This document shows positions 20,662 to 35,234 of a stretch of 64,000 nucleotides of DNA, piece by piece. Source of the DNA: Trichosphaerium sp. ATCC 40318. Its lineage: Eukaryota > Protista > Tubulinea. The stretch's first letter is position 1. Each line of letters starts with the position of its first letter. The notes beneath the pieces are model-generated. The model was not told the DNA's origin, searched no databases, and saw nothing but the letters and a program-made list of their open reading frames with translations. The position numbers were made by a program, and so were the translations under genes. The stretch covers positions 294,813-358,812 of the forward strand of contig JALMLS010000385.1 of assembly GCA_038496445.1 (NCBI GenBank), read 5' to 3'.

Positions 20662-23167
20662 ATGCAACTCAGCTTGCTTGTTGTTGTTGTATTTGTCGCC
20701 CTTGCTTCTGCAAGTAGGCCAGAAGACTGGACTGTGCTTTCCAGAGCTGGAAATGAGCAAACTAGTACGAAAACGATTTATTTTATTGCGGCTAACGTTT
20801 TAAAGCTATGCGCTTTCACGTTGCACTTAAACAACGCAACCTTGACGAACTCACAGTACGCATCCCTTTTAGACTGTATAACCCTAATTGCCTTGCTAAA
20901 CTACTTAGCGCCGCGTATTGGATATGTCAGACCCTGATTCCCCAAACTTCAGGTACGAACAATACAACGAACTTTCCTTTCGACTTTATCAGCTTAACGA
21001 GATACATTCTACGCCTTTCTCAAGCAGTCTACAAAAAAATAGTAGCTTGACAAATCAAGTTGAAAACTATTCTTTTTTTTGCCTCCTCGTTAGTGAATAA
21101 CGTCGCTTACTTGCTGTCTCTAGCCAACACATGACCAAGGAAGAAGTTCTTGATTTGGTAGCTCCAGAGAAAGACATTGTTGATAGAGTTATTGCATTCT
21201 TTACGAGCTTTAAAGGTGTATCTGTTAGAAACTATGGTGATGCTCTTAAAGTTATTGCTTCAACAAAAGCTGTTGAGGAGATTTTCTCTACATCTGTTTT
21301 TGAGTTCTCTCATAAGACTGGTATCCGCTCTTTCAGACAAAGAGGAGGTGCTACAATCCCTGAAGAGATTAAAGAACATGTTGATGTTATCACTGGATTG
21401 ACTGCTTTCCCAATCATCCCTGATACATTGAACCTTAAGAAAAAGCCTTCAAATGTTGATGATGATACTTACAACTTTGTATCAACTAATACTATTCGTA
21501 ACTTGTATGATATCCCACCTGGCGCAGTACGTATATCTTATATCCTTTTGATCGAAGTTTTAACTTTGTTTCTAGACCACAAAGAACAAAATCATTCAAA
21601 GTATCTTGGAGTTCATTCCTGTTGGAGGTCCTGAATTTGATGGTACTTATTTGGTTTTTTTCCCAGAATTTTTTTTTTAATTTTGCTGCTTTCTTCTGAA
21701 GTTTGTCTTTCTTATTTATTGCTTTTAGATTTGCAACAATTTGCTCGTTTGTCCGGTGATGCTTTCACAAACATTACCAAAATTATTGGTAACTACGATC
21801 GTGGTCGTACGTTTGTTTGTAACTCTCTTTAAACTTGGTTTTTTTAACCGCTGCTTTAGAACAAGACGGTGAGAGTACTTTGGATATCCAGCTCATTACT
21901 GGTATTGCCCAAAAAGCTGTTAACTGGTAAGTGCTTTTTGTTGTTGCGGTTCGTTAACCTGTTATAAAGGTATTGGTCTATTGAAGGCGGTTGGGTTTAC
22001 GAAGCTGCTTTGGAAGTATTCAACTACAAACAAGGTGAACGTCCTCAAGTAGTATCCGTATCATACGGTTGGCCTGAGATTGCCACATGCCAAGCTTCTG
22101 TAACACACGCTAAATGCCACAACAATGACTACAAATCATACATTGCTCGCGCTAATGTTGAGTTGGAGAAAACTGTTGCTCTTGGTATTACATGGTCTGT
22201 TAGTTCTGTACGTGCTATAGCAACTAAATATTGTAATTTTATCTAACTCTTAGTACTAGGGTGATCAAGGTGCTGCTGGTAATCTTAACACTGGTACGTC
22301 TTCCTATTTTATGATCAATAAACTGTCACGTGTACTGACTCGATTCAATAGATTGCTCAAACTCTGAACATCCTATCTACGGTGTCTACCCTGGTAGTTC
22401 CCCTTGGGTAACCACACTCAGCGCAACTACTGTTATCGGAGGAGGTAAGAATCGATGTATAGAACTGTACTAATATTGAGTAGGTACAACAACTTCACCA
22501 GCAATTTGCAACCAAAGCTACGACTGTACTACAGCAACTCTCGAACATCCTTGCATGTTTGTACGTTTTTTACTCCATTATTTTGTTCTCGTGTTTGTCT
22601 AATTGCGCGTTATAGAACAACACTTACTTTTCATGGACAACCGGTGGTGGTTTCTCTGAAGTAACACCTGCTCCAAAATGGCAAAGAAAAGCTATTGCTA
22701 ACTACAGAGCCTCAAGAGCTAAATTCCCACCTACAAGATTTTGGCACCCAGAGAACGCTGGATACCCAGATGTTTCTACTGTAGGTTCTAGAATTCTTAT
22801 TGTACAAGATGGATACGTCAGCCCTTCTGCTGGTACTTCCGCTTCAGCCCCTATTTTCGCAGCCATTGTACGTCTAACTTAACCTTACATCTCACAACGT
22901 TCTCATTATTTTCTTTAGGTAACTCTTCTTAATGACGCACGTATGACTCTGGGTAAGAAGCCTCTTGGTTTCTTGAACCCAATTCTTTACAAAATGGGTG
23001 AGAAACAAGATTCATACTATAACGATGTCACTATAGGATCAAACAAATGTACTGAAGGTGGTTGCTGTGAATACGGTTACTATACCTCTAAAGGATGGGA
23101 TGCTGTCTCAGGATGGGGTTCACCTAAATTTAAAGCAATGTTAGACTATGTAACAAAATTGCCTTGA
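20662..23167 (+). CDS. Sedolisin / tripeptidyl-peptidase I-like S53 protease (physarolisin-like), multi-exon
   Basis: Signal peptide, pro-domain (ALKQRNLDEL..DMSDPDSPNF), catalytic ESTLDIQ, SSGDQG, GYPDVS, GTSASAP, and GWDAVSGWGSP. Confidence 0.93.
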
Positions 23168-23725
23168 TTTAGAACAATTTCATTACATCCAATAAAATGT
23201 TATTGACCTTCAAAATTGCTTTTATTACTTACTCAAACCAGAACCACTTTGCTACGTCTCTTTCTTCGCTATGAGGGGTGCATAAATATTCGCATAGCTC
23301 TTTATCTGCATCCTGAAGATGACGTTACTACGATAAACTGTATCTTTTAAAGACAACCCGCTAACATCTTTATTGATTGGAGGAATTGGAGAATGGAATA
23401 CTGTTTTGGTCACTTTAGCAATGACTGTATTGGATATTGTTATCACTAGTTCTGAACATAGTCTCAAAATTGCATTGGTGACATTGTTGTATATGCTACT
23501 GAAGAAGGGCTACTTCATTGCCCTTTTTAGAGACGCAGAATACATTGCAATATGTTTACAGTAAAACAAATGTAACTTTCTCAGTTCATAACTATTAAAC
23601 TAGTCTTTATGTTTACATGAGAAATGCTTTTATGTGTATTACTTTATTTTACCAATACAACTTTGTCACGTGATATTTCTATCGAAGTTGGTGACTGTAC
23701 TTTTTCCGTTTTTTGAAATATTATT

Positions 23726-26240
23726 TCAATCTTCAAAAGGTGCTATGGTTCCTTTCTTATATTGTCTTGTATGTTGTATTCCTCTTGATTGACGTATCAC
23801 ATATAATAACACTAACATAACTACTATGATAGTTACAATACCAGGTATAATAACCCATATCCACTTGGATATGAACCTGGTTTTAGCAGAAAAGTTAGAG
23901 TCCAGCATACAAGGACTTGCCATTAACCAAAGCCTACCTGCTCTTGGCACTACATAATAAGAAAAGTAAGTGAATCACGCTCAACTCAAGTATTTTAGGC
24001 ATGTACGCACGTTGTGTCATACACAATTGTTCATCATTAGAAGATACTTCAATCTGTGTAATTTGGATAACACAAGATGTAGGGAAAGAAAAAATTGTGT
24101 TGTTATTGAATTGCCTTGAAGGCTCAACAATAATCGTTACATTCACGAGATCTGGACACTTATTAAATACTATAGCGGGTTCATCGATAACAGTAGGTTC
24201 AGGTATGACAAATATACTGTTATGGATTAACGTGTCACCTGTATGAGAGTAGTTAGAAGAAGGAAGTCAATAAAAAAATAAGATTGTAGCTAGATGTAGA
24301 GCGGTACCGTGTAAGGTGAGAGTCCGAGTGAGTGTTATTGTTCTGTTCCTAATTGTTACATTTTCACATGATGTTAATTCACACTGTACTGTTGGAGCCA
24401 TTGTAGGAGCCATTGTAGGTGTTGGTACAAAAGGTGTAAACGTTTGAATTTCTTCACGACTTAAGCCGATAATACTTCCTAGTTAGAACTATAAGCTGGT
24501 GTGATTCTGTTCTGGTTTCTCATTTACAAAAGAAGCAAAGTTGCTAAAATTAGTACCATCCTCTAGTACGGTCCCTGATTGGCAAGTACCAATGCAATCC
24601 CCGAAGAAAGAGAGTTCTCCAGTGTCAACATTATCGAGGACAGCAAAGTGTTTTCCTGCGCCAATAACAAAGCCACCCGGTATTTTTTTAACTTGAAAAA
24701 AGTCTACACCCTCGCCCATATCTATATTGGGATCTAATATATGTCGTATAATATCTAAAAAGAGTATAAGAGCTCATGATTTTCTTCGAAAAAACACGAA
24801 AACTGAACAAAGCAAGTTTTTCTCAATTCTTTCCGCAAATGCTTCTTTAAGCTCTTATGGAGAATATTTGATCTATTAAATTGCACGTGACCGCTTTGTA
24901 TTGAATGGATTTCATGTGTTGCGAAAACATGCTTTTGTAATCGAAGCAATTCGAGCTAAGAAAAAAAAAGGACAAAAGTGGTACCTGTTTGGTTAACTAA
25001 ATAAACACCTCCATGCGAGAATTCACTTTTCGTATACATTGTTACAATAGCTCTATAATCATCCACAAATTGCACGCCTTGTACAATATGTTGTCTATTC
25101 TCAAAGGGGCCTTTAGAAGGCATTACAACGCAAGACAAAAAAGCACCTAAAAAAACCAACATCAGGTTTATCCAAACAATTGACTGCAAACTCTTTATAT
25201 AAAGTCCTTAATTAAACGTACCATTCTCAGCATCTAACATCATCACAGTACCACTACGTATAATTAAAGCAATACGTGTACCATTAGGATTAAGTGAGAT
25301 TTGCTTCCAACTATACTCGTTTACAGGTTTATAAACATCGTCTACAAATGGCAGACAACCTTGTGGCACTGAGGCAAATATCAGTACATATCTAACAAAC
25401 AATATAGTGAACGAACTTGTATAATTAAGAGAGAATCCACGCTTGAATTGCCTGCTAGAGTCGAAAATAACCTAAAAATTCTTCAGTTAATGTCAAGAAA
25501 ATGTTTTTTTTTATGATTCTTACAACATCATGTGGAGTAGCCCTACTTGCAAGAATTTCTCCCTCATCATTAATATAAATACTCTCGGGGTACTCCACCT
25601 CGAACTGACCACCATTTACCCATTGATCTATCCTTGTGACTTCACCACCTTCATTTATTGTTAACACAGTGATAATCAAGCTGAGAAAGCAAAAAAAAAA
25701 AAGCGAAATCCATTCCGTTTGCAGTCCATCTTGCCTCTCACTAGCTCACCTGCCATGGCATGCAGTGCATCGAGGAGGTGTAGCAAGTATATGGATTCCC
25801 TGGCTCATAGCTGAGATTTAAAAACGTTCTAGTTTAAAAACAGCAATTCCAGCGAGTAAGTTGTTTATACCTGTTGTTATATTAACAAACCGAATGTAGC
25901 CTCGTGTATTTGTATTAAAAGTAGCAATCGCGAGCAGATTGTCATTCGTCACAACAACATCTTGTGGCTGTGTGCCTTTGTAAGCTACGTAAAGTTATAT
26001 CTAACTTACAATGTGATCAAAACTGCAACGCTGAAGGTGACGATGGTTTTGCACCATTGTATGCATCATAAACGCAAGAAGAAGTTTAAACTAGTTTTTT
26101 GAAAGCAAAACAACAAATAGACATACGTATTTTGTTCTGGACTTCAGGAACCGTTGCTAAATACCTTTGTAAGCGAAAAAACTTGATATTAATTTCAGAA
26201 CTTCTTACACTGCGCCAAAATTGCGTTTACGCATGCAAAC
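23726..26240 (-). CDS. Multi-exon membrane protein with beta-propeller-like repeats, P/T linker and C-terminal TM; 5' end uncertain
   Basis: Spliceable exons (QPQDVVVTNDNLLAIA; YPESIYINDEGEILAS); TM WIWVIIPGIVTIIVVMLVLLYVI. Confidence 0.55.
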
Positions 26241-26822
26241 AGTAACCATAGCATATTCAATGTGCTTTTCATGCCTCAAAGAACGTTTCTTCTGTTATTA
26301 GCTTCAAAGTCATTTAAAGAAAGAGGAATACCTTAATCGATGCTTAGTATTTTGATAATATAGCACTATCAGCTTTTCAGTGTTTAGGATTGAGCTAGAA
26401 GTGAAAACAAGGAAGTACACGTTTTTGTTTTTGGGTAAATATTGTCTTTTCTAATTCTTGTTCTAGCATTCAAAAGCGCACTGTAGTAACTCGTCTCGTT
26501 GTCCTAATAGGTCTACGCCGTAAGTTTCCAGAATAAGGTGTGGGAACTTCTTAAACCTTCCACCAGTAACTTTCGTATAATTATCACCCAAATAGTCAAT
26601 TAACAGGTTATTTTACTTCTTTCAACAAATTGTAGTGTGGCGCGGTTCAATAATTTTTATATGCAGTTTAAGAGTTCTCGCACACATAGTCTACGCCCAA
26701 GTACGCTATAAATGTTCTCTTTAGGCCTCAATAAAGAGCAATTTTTCTGAACACTTTTAAAGCCACTTAGATAAAGAGCTCATTTTGTCAAGGTTTTCTG
26801 TCTTCGAAAAAACTTTAGTTTA

Positions 26823-29508
26823 TTAGTAAGTCTGTTTGATTGGCTTATATTCCAATTCTTGAGTGCTATTACAGAAACAACAATAACAAGTGCATACAAG
26901 AGCGATAAAACATCCTATAGCAAGTACTGTAAGCCAAATAATCATTTTTTGTATACGTCCTGAAGCACCTGTACAAAAATGTTATTCAAAAAAAAAACTA
27001 TTTGTGCTTTTGTTTGATTAAGACTCAAGCGTACGTATACAAGATGTTGAGCCTGGTTTTGCTGTCTTATCCCAATCACAAGGAGCACATTGTTCTGAAC
27101 TTGTATCATCACGAGGAAGCATGTATGTATCTAGAATGAAGTGAGTATTTTCATCTACAGTTGCATTTCTTTAACCTTCCGGGCATGGATCGCAAAACAC
27201 GTGATTTCTAGTTTGGTATCCGTCTTTGCAATATTTACACTTTGTAGATCCTGGTGTAGAAATTTGACTTTTAGGACACCTGTCACAGGAAGCCTGGACA
27301 CTAAAAGTTTTATGTCAGTAACTATATTCATGAACGAATAAACTCATACCTGTTGAACTGAAAAGTTCCAGCAGGGCATTCTATGCATTCGGTACCGTTT
27401 ATAGACTTTGTACCAGGCATGCAAGGAATACAAGACTGAGTTTTGTTTATTAACTCGGTACCAGGGAAGCATCCTACAGAAGAGTCAAGTTTTTTTTTTT
27501 GTTTTCTCTTTGTTGTACTTGGTGCAGGCGTAATTTCTATACTGATACTGCTGTTGTTTGGCCAATCCATCTGCCATACATCTTTCACGTTTTGGTACTT
27601 TCCAAGAGGAGGGGCATAGTAAGAAATGTTTTTTACAATGATTGTGTTGTTAGTAAACATACAATCGCTCAAAGAAATAAAGTTTTGGTTTGCTTCTTTA
27701 CTATCAAAGAATGAACTCTGAATACCAATAGTAGAATAGAATCCGTCTTCTATTTTAAAGTAGTGTCTCCTAAGAGGTAATGAATCTAAATTGCTACCAT
27801 AAAGCAGAAACTGATGGAACTGTTCGTTGATGTCAAAAAAAAAACAAGAAAAAAATGGTAAAACAAAGAAGGTACAGCCAATTATTTCTTACTTGTTGTT
27901 AGTAAAGTTAGTGCCAGTTATCTCTATTTGTTGATTACCAGTATTTGTAAAAAGTAAAACAGGCTAACAAAAGGGGTAAGACTAAGGTTTTGGAACACAA
28001 GTTTTTTCTTTTAACAAGAACTAAGAACGTACAGAGTTGGATGGCGTGGAGTGATCAGAAAATGAAGATTTAGTAATCACTACAACTTCTGAATTGCTGC
28101 TAAGTTCGCTTCTCACAAAATAACATCCAGAAAACACAGAAGCTATAACACAAAAGATCGTCTTAGTACTAGGGAATTTCACAACATTCAAAAAAAACCT
28201 TGGCGTACATTTTGAAGAAACAGCCACCACAGCATTGTAAAACTCACAATTAGTGTACTCAATAGTTGTGGATGATATGACTGTAGTCTTGTTAGCATTC
28301 AGGATAAAGAGGAATATTCAACAAGCTGTAAAGGATTTGTAAAAGCACGTGCCTGAAATAGATGACGCAAACTGAGAATTAGATAAATAAGCGTCTTGTA
28401 CATTCTGTAATTTAATATCCCCTATCATAGATTGCATAATATCAAGAGAGGAAAGAGAGGCATTGGTGACAACTATTAAACTGTCAATACTTTTATCCAT
28501 TCAAAAAAAAAAACAAGAAAGAATAAAAACATCAAGCGTACAAACATCGACGCTACAGTCGCTCAAAGAAAGAGTTGATTGGTTAACTGAGAGTATCTGT
28601 ATATTCAGTATTGATGCTTCTATACTTGAAATCCTGTATTGAGTTGAACTGTCCAATACAAGTACCTACGCAACAGTGAGATAAATCGTTTTACAATTTA
28701 TCATACAAGACCTTCAGACCCTTGAAATACAGGTCTTGGTGCACTAGAGTTAGCTGGTTTTATTCCGATTTCCGTGAGACTGAGCTTGGATATATTTGCC
28801 CTGTTTTCCATTGTGTAATTGTATGTTCCGCCTGTACTCAATGTAAACAAGAAAAAAGATGGATTGCACTTACTTTCTACTAAAACAATAACGAATTGTG
28901 GCGTCTTTGAGGTATGCAGCGAGTTTAAGCAGTCACTAATGTAAAAGAAAGGCGAATTTTCTGTTCCTTCATTCTGATGATAAAAGATTTGAGTCAATCG
29001 CACAACGTGATTTACCATGTACCTTATGAGAACCGTTTGGAGAGATGTAACATTTTGTAGTAATTACAGGCGGTGCAGAAGGCTGTATTGTTGTAGGGGG
29101 AGCAGTTGGAGGAGGTGTCGGAGATGTTGGAGTAACCGTTGGAGGAGACGTTGGAGGAGGTGTTGGAGGAGGCGTTGGAGGAGGCGTTGGAGGAAGTGTT
29201 GGGGGAGGTGTTGGAGAAACTGACGGTGAGGTTGGGGTAACCGTAGTTGGAGCAGCAGGTGCTAGCATCGTAAGTTGACGGAACAATAAAAACAAGTCAA
29301 CCTGTTGGAGTCACTGGTTGTGATGGAATGTCCACTGAATCTAATACATGTGACAATGCTATTCTTGAATTCAGTGAGCGTACCAATACGTGATTGTGTT
29401 GTATGGAGAGGAGCTTGTTGAGATGTCTATTTGGGATTAAAACTCAAAAGAACAAAAAAAGAAAAAGGCGAAAAAAAAAAAGACACTGATTTGTTTGCGA
29501 GACGCCAT
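26823..29508 (-). CDS. Multi-exon surface protein: PPPT stalk, beta-helix/polymorphic-repeat-like region, CPAGTF-type Cys repeats, C-terminal TM
   Basis: CYISPNG motif; CFPGT..CIPCMPGT..CIECPAGTFQ; last exon MIIWLTVLAIGCFIALVCTCYCCFC...QTY*. Start uncertain because of homopolymer runs. Confidence 0.65.
29075..29260 (-). repeat. 12-nt coding repeat (PPPT)n
   Basis: ORF 28969-29295. Confidence 0.9.
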
Positions 29509-30887
29509 AGGTATCGTATGGAGCCTCTGTAGCGTAAAAGAACACATTACAAAGAAAATTATTGCTACTTTTTTTACTCCACAACACGCATCACGTGTTA
29601 CTGAAACTGCCAAGCGTCACAAATTGGAATAAAAATGATGGTTGGTTCATACTATTTGTTTGAAGCTTTTAGTTACCTGAAGGCACACTAGTAATGTAAA
29701 CATGGCTAAAATGTACCCAGACGTTGCCATTGTCTCCACTTTGTTTACTTTCTTGAGTTTTCGCTGTGAAACATTCAACACTTTTAATACCACAACGGAC
29801 GCAACCTCCACACTCTAAATATTACATTGTGACGCTGTATCGCGTTAACTGACAACCGCAAAAGATACTATGGTCAAATGAGCTGTGGTTATAAGCACAA
29901 GCGCGCGCTGTGATGATCTTAGTGGTATTTAGATAATTTGGAGTCGTAAAACGGCTTTTTTTTGATGTTTGCGAACATGCCTTATTAATAGGCCTTTTGT
30001 TTAAATTTTACTGTTTGCTAGGAAATGAACCTTCTATATTGTATCTTTACGCGACAATATAAAAAAAACTCCAAACACCTCGAAAACATACTAACGCGTT
30101 ACATGCACCCAAAACAATCAAGCGTTACAACCGTATCAATTTCTCTGTTTAGTACGGCCATCGACTACATCGCAATCAAGGTGTACAACGCACGTCCTTT
30201 ACAAATTTGGTAGACCAAAGCGCTGTGTAGCAACTTGTTGCCTCTATTTTGGAACAAAGGAAGGAACCTAATGTGGAAATTTGGGTTTCACTTACACCTT
30301 TTCCCGTATCGCTTGTTGGTTCCAATACCTAAGATATTCTACAGCTCCTGTGAGCCTATTCAGACTTTGTGAACTATTTCTGGCCTTACTCTACTACCTA
30401 CCGAATAGCGTACGACTGAGATGTATGGAAATATGTTTGAGCGCCGTGACGGTCTTTTTAATGGAAAATCTAATGTTGGAAAATAGTTGGGCTTTGTTTT
30501 GGATTAGAAGCCCCGATTTAGGTTGTTAATTTACCTTTTGCTTTTACGTAAAAATAGTTTACTCTTTGTAGGTATTTATTTTGTAGCGAGTGTTAGTTTT
30601 TTTTTTTGCTAACTTTTTGTGACAACTTTTACGCCTTACACTTCCCTCCCGTAAGGAAAGTTTACTCTCCTTTTGTTAGGCATATCTTTGTTGCTTGTGA
30701 TTACTACACAACTATGAAAATAATAAAAGTTACGAGGGTCCTGAAGAAGACTCCGGAGCGCTATTTTTAACGTAAAGATATAGAAATTTCATAATTTTTA
30801 CAGGTCACACAACTAAAGACACAGCTCTTGAGGAAATCGAGTTTTACGTTAAAACGTAACAAATATATCTTCTCATAGCAAACAAAC

Positions 30888-33551
30888 ATGACCAAACTAA
30901 TAAACAGTGTATTTATTGCTGTCCTTTTAAGCGCTGTATACATACAAACAAGTACGTCTTTTCGAAGAGAATAAACAATATCTGCTGAAAACAAAAAAAA
31001 ACAAAATGTTTTGTTTCGCGAATCTCGTAACTATTGTACTAACGATAGATCGTTCTTTAGTTCAAGCAACCTCAATAGCTGTCGTTGTGCGTAATTTTTG
31101 GCCGGACGGTGAATCTAGCGCTTACAGACACCCTGATTTTCAGTAAGTTATAAAAATTGTTTTATTCTTAGATCTTTTTTTAACCACAGTTTTCCCTCTA
31201 AAGGTGTTGTATTGGAACTATCCTCGGTATGGTTGATACGTATCTAGCTTTTGATTCAGCCAGTGGCGATTTCCTACCAGGTACGGAAGAAGCAACCAAA
31301 AAAAATTGATAATTCCAGAAAATGGAATAAGTGCAGAAGATGTTTTTCGGTTTTTAAGGTTATTGCAAGAAATTCAACCATTAACGCTTTATTAGTATAC
31401 GCTGGAACGGAAGCACAAGAGATTCAAACCATTGAGAAAGGAGGATACCGTAACGTTCCTATCAATGATACTAACGCATCCCAGAAGTGTCCTGGAAGTA
31501 AGTTTAATTCTTAGGATTCTTCGTTTATTTACTCTTTTTTAGCATGTGGCAGCAGTAGAACTCATCATGGAGAAGCTTGGTTTGATTTATGGTATAGATC
31601 TTCTAATTACAGTAATGCATATGTCATACAGATCCCTCTTACCGAAATATCAACACAATTGTTCCAATTCAAAAGCGCTGAATTCTTTCCTTTGAATGAT
31701 GTCACACGTACGTTCCCTAGTTCCTTTTTTTTTTCTTTTTTCGTTTGTCCACGTGTACTCATTATGTTGTATAGCCGCTCTACCAAAGACATTCCCTAAT
31801 TCCAATAGTAAGATCACTGGAAATGACCCTTTCGGAGGGCAATATGATTACTTTATAAGAGACCAGATATTCCTTTTTACAACAAAGATTACTGTACCTT
31901 TTGTGTACAAAGCTGGAGCTTCAACTTTCGAGTTTATTGGTGATGATGATGTATGGGTATTCCTAAACGGTAAACTCATCGTAGATATCGTACGTATATT
32001 AGAGACAATGAAAAAATACTAAAACATACATTTAAGGGTGGTGTACATGGTGCTGTTTCAAGAGATGTTGATCTTGACAATATCGGAGTAGTTCCAGCCT
32101 TTAAAGGATCTTCCGGCTCAGAAGTCAGTCTCGTTGATGGTAAGTGCATAATCAACATCAAGCCTGTCTTGCTACGTTATAGCTCAAACTAACTGTCCTT
32201 ATAGGCAATGTATACACTATTGACTTCTTTCAAGCTGAAAGACGTACAAGTCATTCTAACTTTAATTTTATCGCTGGTCTATGTATCGCAATCTGTGATT
32301 GCATGGACTGTGAGACGTATGTAAATGAAACATTTGGTGACTGTTACCGTGTTGCTGCTTGTGACGTTGAAGCATCCCAAGGTGGTCCATCTGATGTTTG
32401 TACTGAAGCTCCACTCCCAGTTGGCACTGTACGTTTTGAGAGCAATTTTTTTCTTTCTTTCAGTTTGAGTTGTTTCTTTTCTTACCTTTATTTAGGCATG
32501 TTCATCTGCAGGAACATGTGCCGGTAACGCCCCAGGGGTATGTCGTGCGCCTCAAGGCAATCCAGGAGCTCGCGAATGTTATTGTCCAGAGAACGCACCT
32601 ACAACTCTACCTCCAACTACGTTGCCACCTACTACGCTACCTCCGACTACGCTGCCACCTACGACGCTTCCGCCAACTACGTTGCCACCTACGACGCTAC
32701 CTCCAACTACGTTGCCACCTACGACGCTTCCTCCGACGACTCTTCCACCAACAACTATTGCTCCTACCACATTGCCTCCAACAACAGCAGCTCCAACAAC
32801 CGCTTCTCCTACTACAGCCGCCCCTACTACAGTTGCCCCTACTACAGTCGCTCCAACTACCGCTTCCCCTACTACAGCCGCTCCTACTACAGTCGCCCCA
32901 ACTACAGTCGCCCCAACTACAGTCGCCCCTACTACAGTCGCCCCAACAGTAGCTCCTACTACCAAAGCTCCTGTCACTGACCAGCCTTCTACTGCTCCAC
33001 CCACAGATGCTTCGAATACTCCTCCTACAATGCAGGCAGATGAACCAACGTCTCCACAAGCTCCAACAGCCCCAAAGGCCCCTTCTACAGCTACACCAAC
33101 GGAAGATAACGCACCTACATCGAACTCTCCTGTCACTCCTACCGCCCAACCTACAGCTATTATTCCAACAAATACAGTTTTTAAGATGACTTTCGATCGT
33201 AAACTGACTGATGAAGAAATCCCAAAAGTTGCTTCTGCTTTACAAAAAATGGTGAACGCTAGTAACCCTCCAATGATAACTGAAGAACAAAGCACATCTA
33301 AGAGGTCCTTAGAACAGAATACAGCCTATGCTGCTATATTTGCCGGAGCAGACGCACCAAAAGCCAAGTTGTTCTCTGAAACACCAACAGCAAATGTTGA
33401 GATTCAGCAATCAATACAAGATGAAGGTGTATCTGCATCTGTCGTATCTTTTGAAGCTGAGGAGACCACAAACAATAACAACGATAGTAATGCTATGTCT
33501 TTATTATCTTCTGTTGTTGTTATTATCAGTTGTGTATTCCTAATGTTATAA
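30888..33551 (+). CDS. Fibro-slime/PA14 domain protein (Dictyostelium Psi-family-like) with mucin stalk and hydrophobic C-terminus (GPI-like)
   Basis: Signal peptide; RNFW..[50 protein letters not shown]. Confidence 0.9.
32605..32960 (+). repeat. 15-nt coding tandem repeat (PPTTL then PTTVA)
   Basis: ORF 32622-33551. Confidence 0.95.
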
Positions 33552-33649
33552 ACCAAAAAATGTAAATAAAATTTTTAGAAACAACAAATAAATTTCGTCG
33601 TTCGCTATTAATAGTTTTGATACCAGTATCAATTGGTACTATACAACGT

Positions 33650-35180
33650 GAGTTTACACTACAAAAGTGACCGAGGAATTTCAGAGGACTTGTCATAGCA
33701 GCAATGTAGCATTAACACGTTGTCAAAAAAAAATGGACTCAAACTTTCATAGCATAACTCTCCACAAACTGCAACGATGTTAGCACGTGGGCTAAATTAC
33801 TATGACACGGCAAACTGCGTCTCATCTTGTAAGCAAAACACTAGCTGGTAAACGTTCGAAGAGGTGGTTGTACATACTGCAAAACAAAGTAGTTTATTGC
33901 ACTAGTTGTTATCAGCAGGTGTTGATGAGATAACATTAGATAGAAATTCAACTGTCTTTGGTAGTTTAGCTATAAACGATGGATTTCGAGAACAAATAGT
34001 ATACATCATTTCTACTTTTAAAGCAACATTTTAGCCTAAAGTTGTGTCAACATTAGAAAGGTTGTACAATAGCATACCATTCATTGTCCGTCTTTATTAT
34101 AAACTTACGAAGCATGCCATAGTATTTTCTTGGACTCTCATTATACAAAAGCATGACGTAAGGCAATATCCTCCAACATTTTTTTGAATGTACAAAGTCC
34201 GAGACTAGTTTTTAAAATTCTGTGTTTACATTGTTAGAAAACAGTAGCGTGTTGATGACGTGCCCTGCTTGTTTATCTATAAACAGATTAAAGATATGTA
34301 CTGGCTGAATCAAAGCACAGTATAAGTCCGTAAAGTGCTCACTTGCCCAACTGTCAGTTACTAGGGCCCTGGATACACCTTCCTTGTCATCAAGCATTGC
34401 TACAAAAAAACTGAAACATTTTGTAACAATTGCAGTATAATCAGCCCTATAAGGCATCACTGGAACTTGATACTGCCCAGTCTCTTTTGCAATATGTGAG
34501 ATATTTGCCAATATTCAGGTTTTCAACAAGTTTAAGAGAGTCAATAGAGCTATTGTTGCTGTCCAGTACTCGTTCTATGAAGCTGTTTTAGTCTGACAAC
34601 AAAAAAGTTAAGGCAACTTGCTTGTAATGCTTAGTCTCTTTTTGGTGTCCCAGAACGGCATTAACGTAAGTGCAAACTTTGGATTACAATTAAGCTTTGC
34701 AAAATCTACCTTCTTGGATGGAATCATTCTCAATTCAGGTGGAAAGGAACCGGTTAGAGCTTGTTCCAGTAATAGCTTTTCATACAAGTCCTATGGAGTA
34801 CAATAGTATTTGGTGACCTAAAGCGAAGTACCTGGCAGCCTAAGAAATCAGCAGCAATAGTAACTTGTGCCAATCTATCTCTTATTTTGTGGCTTTTGAT
34901 CTCAATTTTGTGTTCAAGTACGTCTAAAACATCTGCAACACGATTACTGAGTTGTTTAATATACCTAGCGCTGAGGCACATGAAGCGTACACCATATTGC
35001 GCTCTGAGAGACGTTTTGACCAAGAGAACCAGAAATATCCCCAGCAGCTTTCTTTATTTCTATTTGATGCTTTAAAACAGGTACTTTAAGCGCTATATCC
35101 TCTGTAATAGTTCTCGATTCTTTTTTACTGTCACTGTAATACAACACAACTGTAAATGATGAAGGTGTGGTATTAGTCAT
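33650..35180 (-). pseudogene. Fragmented intronless gene with Skp1/BTB-like N-terminus
   Basis: ITEDIALKVPVLKHQI...LAQVTIAADFLGC split over consecutive frames with no splice signals; further fragments at 34212-34511. Confidence 0.5.
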
Positions 35181-35234
35181 GTTGTTGAGTAGCTTAAAGC
35201 TGCTAGTTTATTAAGTCTTGTATTGCTACAAAAG

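Noticed and set aside
24760-24950. Hairpins in a long intron (ATAAGAGCT..AGCTCTTAT)
   Set aside because: No ACA box or recognisable guide.
30697-30744. GTGATTA...CTGA pair
   Set aside because: Too short, weak stem, guide not assignable.
32540-33295. Overlapping and antisense ORFs (VVGA, YYSR repeats); likewise 5273-5604 and 6390-6775
   Set aside because: Shadow frames of P/T tandem repeats.
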